The notes below the pieces were generated by a model. The model ran no database searches, was not told the origin of the DNA, and saw only the letters and a program-made list of their open reading frames with translations. A stretch of DNA of 64,000 nt from the NCBI GenBank assembly GCA_964016885.1, contig OZ024760.1, positions 8,122,001 through 8,186,000 on the forward strand. The letters run 5' to 3'. Shown piece after piece: positions 38,182-51,268 of the stretch. The DNA comes from Eledone cirrhosa. Its lineage: Eukaryota. The position numbers were made by a program, and so were the translations under genes. The first letter of the stretch is position 1. Each line of letters begins with the position of its first letter.

Positions 38182-40939
38182 TGATCATATAACAGCTTTC
38201 TCCCTCCCTATGCAGCTACAAAATTCTTGTATTTTCACTGAAGTCTGCAAGATCTTTTGAGCTGTATGTATTGGATAGCAGAGACCAGACAAGGTAATGC
38301 TATTCTGTACCCTGGTTTTACTTCTCCACGTTTCCTGGTAGTTAAACCAGTTGTGTAGTCCACATCTGACCGAAGCAGCTTTTCAAAATCACCCCACCCC
38401 CTCAGACCCAGACACACACGTGCACTTGTTCTCAAGCAGTTGACTGCCCTCCACTAATCCTACAGTGACATATATGAAGGTGACCAGTGAGTTGTACAAA
38501 TATAAGGGCTGACAGAGAAATTTCTACTTACCAAAAGGCTAGTTTAGTTGACAGGGTTAACCAAGGGACTGAAGAATAATCTTTAGGTACTGTCTTGCCT
38601 GGAGCAACAACATTATCAGCTAACGAGACGACAACATATTTGTCCTGTTCCCTGGAAATTAGGCAATACCGCAACAGAAGCAACCATATAATGCCACAAG
38701 TTCCTGTTGAAAAGAATAAAATAAAAAAAAACCCTGTTTATTATATGCCAAACGATGTGAAATAAAATGATACAGCCATTAGGTAATACTGCAACAGTAG
38801 TAGCCATATAATTCTACAGGTTCCTGTTGAGAAAAAAGGAGAGGATTCTTCAGCTGTGTTGCAAAGTCTTATAAAGTGACCGTGTAGATGTCACATCAAA
38901 AAGCACCCAGCCCACACTGTAAAGTGGTCATGTAGGTGTCACAACACAAAGTACTCAGTCAACACTGTAAAGTGGTTGTGTAGGTATCATGGCAAAAAGC
39001 ACCCAGTCAACATGGTGAAGTGGTCTTGTAGGAGTCACGACAAAAAGCACCCAGCCCACATTGTAAAGTAGTCATGTAGGTGTCATGACAAAAAGCACCC
39101 AGCCCACATTGTAAAGTGGTCATATTGGTGTCTTAACAAAAAGTACCCAGCCCACACTGTAAAGTGGTCATGTTGGTGTCTCGACAAAAAGCACTTAGCC
39201 CACACTGTTAAGTGGTCGTGTAGGTGTGTCACAACAAAAAGCACCCAGTCAACACTGCAAAGCGTCACAACAAAAGCATCCAGTACTCACTGTAAATGAG
39301 GTTGATGTAGAAACCAACCCAAAATCAGTTCTGTATAAGTAAGACATGGTCATCTGACAGCATTGCCCACAACAGGATAACTCGTCTAACACATGCTAGC
39401 ATGGAAGAATGGACATGTGACAATGATGAAACACACCCAATACACTCTGTAAAGTGGTTGGGGATAGGAAGAGCATCATCCAGCTGTAGAAAACCCACTA
39501 AACAAAGAGTTGGGAGGACTCTTCAGTTGTGTCAAAGACATGACAACCTCACTAGTGTTGGTGATATGATAAAATGCACTCAGTAGACAGAGGAATAGGG
39601 GTGTAAGTGAGATGTAGGCCCCTAGCCTATTTGAGAGGTCAGTAGTGTGAAGCAACATATGCAAGTGAGAAGCAGGACTCCAGCCTGTTGAAGAAGTCAG
39701 TAACTCAAACCTAAGTACTGACCGGTATCTTATGAAACACCCAACCCTTTCTAGCAATGAAAACAGGCGTATGATGATGATGATGATGAAGGATTATCAA
39801 TTTCAATCACCTGTAAAATGCACTCAGCAGAGCACAGGGAGGAATGTAAGTGAGAAGCAGGCCCCTAACCTGTTTGTGCAGTCAGTAGTGTACAGGAACA
39901 TATGTAAGCGAGCAGCGGGACCCCAGCCTGTTGGAGAGCTCAGTAGCTCAAACCTTGAGCTGGTGTCTTATGAAACACCCAAACTTTTCTAGCAATGAAA
40001 ACAGACAGTAAATGATGATGAAGATGATGATGATGATGAAGGATTATTAATATCACTCACCTATAAAATAAAATGCGCTCTGCCATCCATAATTATCTAA
40101 AAGAAGGGATCCTATGCTTCCAGTGAACAGTGTACTAAAAAAAGAGAAGAACATTTCAAATATTAGACATTGAACACAACAAAAATAAAATATTACAGAG
40201 ACTGTGTGTATCCAAGATTTTGGTATAGGTACATACAGTCACCCTGCGTACCTTAAGAGGTGGCTAAATGGATTTGTATTCGGAAGGGGATCCGGCTGTA
40301 AAACATTGCCTCAAAAAGTACCGTCCTACCCATGCCAGCACGGAAAAGTCAACATAAAAATGGTGAGGAGGACGTTGATATATATATATATATATGTATG
40401 TTGGGTTATATTGGAGTTTACTAAAATATATCCTGGTAAAGATTATAGAAGCTCAATGCTAATCAGTGTCCTTGGTCCAGCTGCAGACTAATACCCAATA
40501 TCTATTGAGGTATGGCCAGCGCTGTTATAAATTGAAACGTACATAGAGTAAAATTATGTTATAAGTCTAAATTGGTTATTCACTCTTTATATTTCATCAT
40601 CATCATCATCATCATTTTACGTCCGCTTCTCCCTGCTTGCAAGGGTGGGACGGGAACTGATTCTGGCTTGATTTCTACAGCTGGATGCCCTTCCTAACAC
40701 CAACCTCTTTAACAGTGAGTGCTGGGTGCTTTTTTTTGCCGTGGCACCTCCACGACCACTTTGCAGTGGAATGATAGGGACCCCAGTCCCTATCATCTCA
40801 TTTCTACAGCTGAGTAAACTGGAGCAATGTGAAATAAAGTGCCTTGCTCAAGGAAACAACACATCACACGGTCTGAGAATTGAACTCACAACCTTTCGAT
40901 TGCAAGGCCAATGCTCTAACCACTAAGCCATGTGCCTCC

Positions 40940-40991
<52 letters not shown>

Positions 40992-41228
40992 GATATATCT
41001 TGTCGATCGACTTTCGTCAAATCGGACCGAGGAAACAATGTTTCCATTGGTCTTTCCAATTGCTAATACTATCTATTGGTCGCAACTCCAGGTAGAAGGG
41101 ACAACGTGAAATAAAGTGTCTTGCTCAAGGACACGACGCATCGCCTGGTCCAGGAATCGAACTCACAACCTCACGATTGCGAATCCAGTTCTCTAACCAC
41201 TCAGCCACACACCTTCACTAACTGATAA

Positions 41229-41260
<32 letters not shown>

Positions 41261-44200
41261 CTATATAATACTAAAAGTCTGTGATTGCTTGCTTGTCTGT
41301 AATGTAATACAGCCAAAAGGGGGCATAATGGGAAAACACTTTGAAAGGAAGTTGACCCAGAAATGGGAATACAAATGGAATAAAACAAGTTTTGCGTAAA
41401 TTTAAGCAAGGGTTCCCGAGATATGGGGTTTTTCTGGGTACCTTCATAGACACAGAAAGAGAAAGAGATAGTGGTTGTGAGAGAGTAGATTGACAGAGAG
41501 AGGGAGAGGAGACAGAGAAGGAGAGAGAGAGCTGGTGGTGGTGTTGTGTATATATATATATGTTGTGTATATATATATATATATATAACATGGGCGGAAG
41601 TGGTGAGAACAGACCTCAGATCATTGAAGCTCACGGTGGAGATGACGAGGGACCGTGACGAGTGGAGAGATGCTGTGCTGAATAAGACCCGTCCCACCCT
41701 TGCAAGCAGGGAAAAGCGGACGTAAAATGATGATGATGATGATGATGATGTATGTGTATGTGTGAGTGTGTGTACATATATATGTGTGTGTCTATGACGA
41801 GTATATATAGATCAGACACCCACATATATATATATATACACACACATATATATATACATACACACACACATATATATATATAGGCCTTCCAGTTTCATTT
41901 CACATTATATACATGTCTGCATACATTTTAATTATTTAAAAATTATTTTTAAGTGAACATGACCCAACGGGTCACAGGTGGTCTAGTCTATATATATAAA
42001 AATGAATGTATGTTTGTTTGTTTGTCCAAAGATATAAACGGAGAAAGAGAAATCAACATATATTCAAACAGAGAGTGAAAGAGCGAGTAGTCTGGCTGCT
42101 TTGAACCACTCCCTATATTAGACTGTCTCTAAAGTTATAAACGGAGAAAGAGAAATCAACGTATAGACAAAGAGAGAGTGAAAGAGCAACGAGTGAAAGA
42201 GCGAGTAGTCTGGCTGCTTTGAACCACTCCCTATATTAGACTGTCTCTAAAGTTATAAACGGAGAAAGAGAAATCAACGTATAGACAAAGAGAGAGTGAA
42301 AGAGTAACGTATAGACAAAGAGAGAGTGCTATAAACGGAGAAAGAGAAATCAACGTATAGACAAAGAGTGAGTGAAAGAGCGAGTGTGAAATTTTTTTAA
42401 TTAAAGATAATTTCAATAGAATTAGTATTCTCTCTTTAATTTAATATAATTTCAAGAATTAGTAAATTCTCTCTTTAATTTAATATAATTTCAATAGAAT
42501 TAGTATAGTGTCTGTTTCACATTACTTCCCTTCCACTCCCATTACAGGGAATTCTTTTTCAGCTAGCCCTTAACTAAGTGCTGTAATTTGATATCTTCAT
42601 TTCGTCTGTCCTTATTTTCCTGACCTGGACACATACGTGGACCGACATCATTCCAAGAATTTAGAACAGTAAACGGTCAAGTATGTGCCACTTATCGTGA
42701 AGCTTGCCAAGAATTAAATCTTCTTGAAAATGATGGACATTGGGACACTTCACTCGCTGATGCATCAAATACTGCTCGACCAAAGCAAATACGCACATTA
42801 TTCTCAATAATATTGACAACGTGCTACCCATCAAATCCAAAAGATCTTTGGGAAAAATATAAAGACTACATGAGTGAAGACATCCTACATCGTTTGCGTG
42901 CAACAAATCAAAATATGAATATTCAATTCACACAAAATGTGTATAATGAAGCATTGGTTTCCATTGAGGTCATATGTTTAGCAATCGCTAACAAAACATT
43001 GGTACAATTGGGAATGCCTGCGCCGAATCGATCTGTAAACGACATTTTCGATCGTGATTTGCAACGAGAAACAAACTTTGATGTCGCCGAATTGGGTACA
43101 TTTGTTCAAACGAATCTTCCCAAATTGCTACCAGAACAACGCATAGTATATGACCAAATTATGCAGGCAATTATAAGTCAAAGCAGCACATTGTATTTTA
43201 TAGATGCGCCCGGTGGTACAGGCAAAACTTTTCTCATTTCACTTATTTTGGCAACTATACGATCAGAAAATAATATTGCACTGGCAATCGCATCATCTGG
43301 AATTGCGGCAACTCTTTTAGATGGTGGCCGAACAGCACATTCAGCCCTGAAATTGCCATTGAATATGCAAATCGCTGAGACATCAACATGCAATATTACC
43401 AAAAATTCTGGTATAGGTAAAGTACTCCAATCATGTAAAATCATTATATGGGACGAATGTACTATGGCGCACAAAAAATCATTGGAAGCGCTTAATAATA
43501 CGCTAAAAGATTTGAAAGGAAATGAACACCTCTTCGGTAGCACACTCATTTTATTGTCTGGTGATTTTCGACAAACTCTACCAGTTATACCGCGATCAAC
43601 ACCCGCTGATGAGCTTCATGCATGTCTCAAATCATCAGTTTTATGGCGACACATACAGAAATTAACTTTAAAAAACAATATGCGTGTACAACTACAAAAT
43701 GACGCATCCGCTGAACGTTTCACAAAACAATTGCTGGATATTGGGAATGGAAAAATGGTAATCGATGATTCCACAAAATGTATCACATTGCCAACAAACT
43801 TCTGTAGAATCACGGCAACCAGAGACGAACTGATTCACAAAGTGTTCCCAAATATTGCGCAGCATTACAAAAATCATCAGTGGCTCAGTGTACGTGCTAT
43901 ATTAGCAGCCAAAAACACCGATGTCAATGCCATTAATTTCAGCATTCAAAACGAAATACCAGGCGAAGCGACAACGTATAAGTCCATCGATACTGTAATG
44001 AATCAAGACGAAATTATCAATTATCCAATTGAATTCTTGAATTCACTTGATTTGCCAGGCATGCCACCGCACATTTTAACATTGAAAATTGGCGTGCCTA
44101 TCATCCTTCTCCGAAACATCAATCCACCACAACTTTGCAACGGTACCAGACTTTCAGTGAAAAAGACGATGAACAATATCATCGAGGCTACAATTTTAAA

Positions 44201-47200
44201 TGGAAAATTTAAAGGAGAAGATGTACTCTTGCCACGCATCCCAATCATTCCAACAGATACGCCATTCGATTTCAAACGTTTGCAGTTTCCGGTGCGACTC
44301 GCCTTTGCAATGACTATCAACAAAGCACAAGGACAATCGCTACAAGTGTGTGGACTAAATTTAGAAAATCCATGCTTCTCACATGGACAGCTGTATGTGG
44401 CTTGCTCACGCGTCGGTAAACCTTCTGATTTATTCGTGTACGCACCAGAAGGAAAAACAAAAAACATTGTGTATCCAAAAGCACTTCAGTAAAACAAATT
44501 AAATGTTCTTATAACGAATTTTCTTTAAATTCGTCAGTCATTCAGTCATTTAAAGATAAATGTTAAAATCTAAAAAATAGAAACTAAATTACAGAAGTTT
44601 TTAAATAACGATTAAAATGTTAATATTATTCTTTTCTAAATAAGCTTTTTAACACTGAGCGAAGCCGGGTAGCTCCGCTAGTATATATATAAAAATAACA
44701 TTGCGTTAAAAAGTCCCATCCAGCCCATGCTAGCATGGAAAAGTCAACGTAAAATCGATGAGATGTGAAGAGAAAAAGGAACTGGTTTCAGAGATGTAGT
44801 CAAGTGATTACATTAATAGAGACAGAACTGAGGACTTTTTAGTAAAAAAAAAAAAAAAAAGGGACTCCTTAGTCATAAAGAGGGCTCTTTGATAAAAAAA
44901 TAAAAGACTTTTGATAGATTGGACAGGTCCTTTTCAACACAGCATCACTCCACTTATCATGTTCCTTCATTTCCTCTGTGAGTCTCAGTGACTTGAGGTC
45001 AGCTCTTACCACCTCTGCCCAGGTGTTCCTTGGTCTACCTCTACTGCAGCTTCCTTCTTCTGGTGTTGTCCATAACAACACAGTCTCTTCTCTTGCACAC
45101 TACTTCGGATTCTTCTTAACCCTCTATCATTTACATTACTCTATATATACTATTGTATTTTCACAGTAAACACTTCATCTCACATAATATCGAATCTATG
45201 AGGTTTTGGTATTATTTATTTTGAGAACAATACCTTAGCATAAGTATGAGCAGTTGGTTACGGCCAGTTTGAACAGAATGAGGTGAGAGAATTCTGGCCA
45301 GACAGCTGATTTAAATGCTAAAGAGTTAAACCTAGTTTCTCCTTCAGCTCATCCAAGCTCTACCTTTCTCTCACATTTCCATTGCACATCCAATGATGCA
45401 TGATTGCTTCATTTCTCTCCAGCCATGGAACAAATACAAGAGAAAAAGTTGGCCCAACACACCACAACGTACTCAGCCAATCTGTGTAAACAAATACAAG
45501 AGAAAAAGTTGGCCCAACACACCACAACGTACTCAGCCAATCTGTGTAAACAAATACAAGAAAAAAAGTTGGCCCAACACACCACAACGTACTCAGCCAA
45601 TCTGTGTAAACAAAAACAAGAGAAATTAAGAATTACAAATTACTCACCCTAAATAAGAACCCGATGATATAAAGGTATATATTAGGGAACGCTCCTGCTC
45701 GATTACTTTCCTTGATATGATGCTGGTGAAACTAGGGTAATGAAAACCTACAAGGAGGAACAAACAGAAACATTAAAGACATTCAGTATGACACCGTAAT
45801 ATGAACATCAGCTATCAAACCTCTTCCTTGGTCGTCCTCTACTGCAGTTTTCTTCCACTTGAATTTCTAGACACTTCTTCACCCAATGATCATCATCCAT
45901 ACACATCACATGTTCACACCAGTGCAGTCTTCTCTCAAGCACACTACATCTAATTCCTCTTATACCCAGTTTTTTTCCCAGCTTTGTTGTTCATCCATAT
46001 TATTTAACATAGCACATCCGTCGAAGTATATTCACTTCATTTCTCTCCAACCATTACACATCCATCGGGGTATACACACATCCATCGGAGCATACATGCT
46101 TTATTTCTCTCCAACCATCACACATCCATTGGAGTCTCCAGCCTTCACACATCCATCGGAGCATACATGCTTTATTTCTCTCCAACCATCACACATCCAT
46201 TGGAGTCTCCAGCCTTCACACATCCATCGGAGCATATATGCTTTATTTCTCTCCAACCATCACACATCCATTGGAGTCTCCAGCCTTCACACATCCATCG
46301 GAGCATACATGCTTTATTTCTCTCCAACCATCACACATCCATTGGAGTCTCCAGCCTTCACACATCCATCGGAGCATATATGCTTTATTTCTCTCCAACC
46401 ATCACACATCCATTGGAGTCTCCAGCCTTCACACATCCATCGGAGCATACATGCTTTATTTCTCTCCAACCATCACACATCCATTGGAGTCTCCAGCCTT
46501 CACACATCCATCGGAGCATATATGCTTTATTTCTCTCCAACCATCACACATCCATTGGAGTCTCCAGCCTTCACACATCCATCGGAGCATACATGCTTTA
46601 TTTCTCTCCAACCATCACACATCCATTGGAGTCTCCAGCCTTCACACATCCATCGGAGCATATATGCTTTATTTCTCTCCAACCATCACACATCCATTGG
46701 AGTCTCCAGCCTTCACACATCCATCGGAGCATACATGCTTTATTTCTCTCCAACCATCACACATCCATTGGAGTCTCCAGCCTTCACACATCCATCGGAG
46801 CATACATGCTTTATTTCTCTCCAACCATCACACATCCATTGGAGTCTCCAGCCTTCACACATCCATCGGAGCATACATGCTTTATATCTCTCCAACCATC
46901 ACACATCCATTGGAGTCTCCAGCCTTCACACATCCATCGGAGCATACACACTTCATTTCTCTCCAACCATCACACATCCATTGGAGTCTCCAGCCTTCAC
47001 ACATCCATCGATCCATACACACTTCATTTCTCTCCAGCCTTCACACATTCTCTGAATTAATTGCCCATGTCTCCTCACTACCATCCATGCAACATTGCAC
47101 AATAATTTACAACAAACACAGAAACTATTCCCTTACCTTGAAAGATTCCCAGTAAAACCCGTGATAAAACTAAAATGTTAAGAGTCACTTGTTTGTCTTT

Positions 47201-48404
47201 GCTGATATATACAAGCTGTGGTGTCCAGAATGTAATTATTGACCAAAACGCAGCCGCCATTGGGACGACAATCTCCCCACCAACTCTATCACTTAGGTAT
47301 CCACCAATGACCTGGGTCATAGTGTAACCCCAGAAAAATGAGGATAAAACTGTCCCCTGAAAAAAAAAAATGGAAAGAATTACAAAAATAAGAAGAATAT
47401 TATAATATTGTACATGTATGGAAGGTATGATACAGGGTAAAAGAAATTATTGTGTACAGTGCTCAGGTGCACCAAGTCAGTACTGAAGCAAAGCTACTGA
47501 CCTCCAAGACACGGCAGGGATCTGCATATATGTATATCTGTGTGTATGTATGTAGTTAGGTATCATCATCATCATTTTACGTCCGCTTTTCCCTGCTTGC
47601 AAGGGTGGGACGGGAACTGATTCTGGCTTGATTTCTACAGCTGGATGCCCTTCCTAACACCAACCTCATTTACAGTGAGTGCTGGGTGCTTTTTTTTTTT
47701 GCCGTGGCACCTCCACGACCACTTTGCAGTGGAATGATAGGGACCCCAGTCCCTATCATCTCATTTCTACAGCTGAGTAAACTGGAGCAATGTGAAATAA
47801 AGTGCCTTGCTCAAGGAAACAACACATCACCCGGTCTGAGAATTGAACTCACAACCTTTCGATTGCAAGGCCAATGCTCTAACCACTAAGCCATGTGCCT
47901 CCGTATCATGCTGTGTTAGTGCTACTGCTGATATTAACCTTTAGCACGTTGAATTTTTTTTATAAATTGCTTCCCTTGACTCTGCATCATGTATTAAGGG
48001 GAGATTACTCTATTGGCGACATAAGGTGCTTAGAGCGTGCTGAAGGTTAAACAATTGTAATATCATATATGAAGAAGGTATATATGAGATATATTGATAT
48101 ACAATAAACATCCACCACAACCACCTCTATTATGAATCATGATGTGTCAGTGCTACTGCTGATACTAAACAATTGTACTTACTGCTTCTGTTTTGTTCCA
48201 TTTGAATTCTCTGGCTAGAGATACAACACACAATGGCATCACCGTTCTACATGCATACAGCATGGCACCACCACAGAATAATCCACATCCCCATTGACGC
48301 TTTTCTTGTCTGTTCAATATAAATAGGCATTCAGTTCAGAAGATTGTTTGTGTATATATATATATATATGTGTGTATATATGTGTGTGTGTGTGTGTATG
48401 TATA

Positions 48405-48438
<34 letters not shown>

Positions 48439-48747
48439 GTAATAATAATAAATTTGAAGACTAAAATCCAAAGAGGGTTATATCAAATATATAAGAACCA
48501 TAGAGCAAATATTTATTAAAATAACTGTCTCTACTTTAGGTTAAAGGCCAGCAATTACCCAGTGCATTACTGGTACTTTATTTTATCGACCCCGTAAGGA
48601 TGAAAGGCAAAGTCAACCTCGGCGGGATTTGAACTCAGATCGTAAAGGGACGTAACTATGCTGGAAAGCATGGCGTCCGACCCTCTACCGATACTGCCAA
48701 TCCACCGCCCAATATTTATTAAAATAACAGATTAAAGTTTAAGCAAA

Positions 48748-48810
<63 letters not shown>

Positions 48811-49342
48811 GAGAGAGAGAAATAACAAAGCAAATGACACAGTACAATGAATAAATATATTGTTAGTTTTACGCTTGATATAGTAGGAAAAGAGTTTTAA
48901 TGTTTCGGATACTAATCCTTCGTTAGAAGATAGAATGAGAAATTAAAGAAGAAATAGAAATATATATGTATACATATATGTATTATTCTAAATAAAAAAT
49001 GTTGGTTGATCAATTAATCGACTGAGTTTAATGTAAACAGATGTAAGCACTCCACCTTTACGTGGGGTGTATCAGACAGAGTGTCAATATTATAAAGACG
49101 AGAGACGGTTTTAAGTAAACATCCTCTGTTTATTATATAATCCTATTATGCTCGCTAGTAGCTGGACCATTAATATCGTGCTCCATACTATGGCAAGTAT
49201 ATCAAAAACAAACAAAAATATTACACTTTAACACCTGTCTGATCATTTATGATTATTTTGCAACTACTTTGATGTCTTTGAAATGTGCATAACAAGGTTA
49301 TATAATAAACAGAGGAAGTATACATAAAACCGTCTCTCTTCT

Positions 49343-49394
<52 letters not shown>

Positions 49395-49457
49395 AAAAGA
49401 GTCAGGACCCTGTACTCCCACGATTTGTGGTCTCCTCACTCTCAGGATTGCAGACTG

Positions 49458-49499
<42 letters not shown>

Positions 49500-49730
49500 A
49501 AAATATAAAAACAATCTCTTCTCAACATATATATGTATATTAATAACCTTAAATTACCACACTAATAATGGAAAGATATGCTGATGAGAATAGGTGCAAA
49601 TATGCTATAATGAATGTGTCTAAAAGCGACCATATGTATGTATATATATGTGAAAATGTATATAAATAAGTGAATATATATATATGTTTGATGTGTATAG
49701 TTAGATGTAATTGCATTCATGTATTAAAGT

Positions 49731-49811
<81 letters not shown>

Positions 49812-50482
49812 TAGACGGAGTATGTGTGTATATATGTGTGTGTCTATACGTGTGTATATAAAGATAAGTTGAGTATGAAAATGTATACACATGAACGCGT
49901 ATGTATGTACATGTATATATGTGTATATATATATGTATGCATGTGTATATGTATGTAAGTATGAGCATGTAAGTATGTGTATGTGAGTATATGTATTTTG
50001 TAGAGGTGTGCATATATGTTTGTGTGTGAATGCGTGGGTGAAAGGATACGTATACTTGAAAGAAAAATTTAAGTCTGAATGTTAATTAAGTGCAAACACC
50101 AAACCAACCACTCATATCTTTACTATCTCTAATCCTTCTATAGATTTAGAAAAGTAACCAATAATATATTCTATAAAAATGTCAAAACAACAGATGGGAA
50201 TCTAATTACTCACTGCCACCAAAAATTCTCACTGCTATCAAAAAACCACTCCCTCAACTATTCTTCTAACAACTTCACCCCTCCCTCCTAGTATTCTCTA
50301 TAAAAACCAAACAGGTCCTCAGTAAAATTATTCCGATGAAATGACAGTTGATAACAGCATTGAAATATTGAATGTCTGCATAACTAATACTTTGTAGATA
50401 GCAGCTGTTTTCAGGTTATGTAACTGTTATAGAAACACGTGTCAATAAATTCCTTTTAACTAAACTGTATCCATTAAAATCC

Positions 50483-50523
<41 letters not shown>

Positions 50524-50927
50524 GAGAGAGAGAGAGTGAGAGGGAGGGAGACAGAGAGAGAGAGAGAGAGTCTGCAATCCTGAGAGTGAGGAGACCACAA
50601 ATCATGGGAGTACTCAATGCATGGAGAGATGCAGAGTAGGTATTGATTAAAATCCCAACTGTTATGCCCAGCTGAAACCGCCTGGCATCACGTCCGGGGT
50701 TTTACCCCTTTCTCTCTCTAAATATATATATATCAAGAGCAGGTAAAATTCCCAAGATTCATGGACGAGTTCTCTCCAGTGGTCCCCGTCCTTCATCATC
50801 ACCACAATGTCCCTCATCTCCTGGAGACCTGTGGCTGTCATTATATCATCCTCTATCTCCTTCTTTCAGTGTGTCTGTGTAGGAGTTCCCGCAAGACCAC
50901 TGAGTACAGTGTCAGCTCTGAATGTCA

Positions 50928-50987
<60 letters not shown>

Positions 50988-51224
50988 TATATATATATAA
51001 TATATAAGATCAAAAGATGGTTAAATGAGTTCCATGTATTTTTGAAAACACAAATGTTATTGCATGATGATATTTGTTTTTGAAATGCGCATAATAAAAT
51101 ACATGGAACGCATTTAACCATCTTTTGATCTTATATATTATGTATACTCCAGTCCTACAAACTGTAGAGTGCTTCTTATCTGATATCTGCATTGCTTTAT
51201 TGTACTACAATAAAACTCACCTCC

Positions 51225-51268
<44 letters not shown>

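Noticed and set aside
40498-40550. Further hammerhead-like remnants (also about 50331-50375, 54645-54662, 55280-55292, 55465-55485)
   Set aside because: The core or stems are too incomplete to call from sequence alone.
43178-44467. Antisense ORFs over the helicase
   Set aside because: Shadow frames of the Pif1 coding strand.
42813-44492. Host PIF1 gene
   Set aside because: Intronless, has RepHel linker motifs, and lies within Helitron termini.
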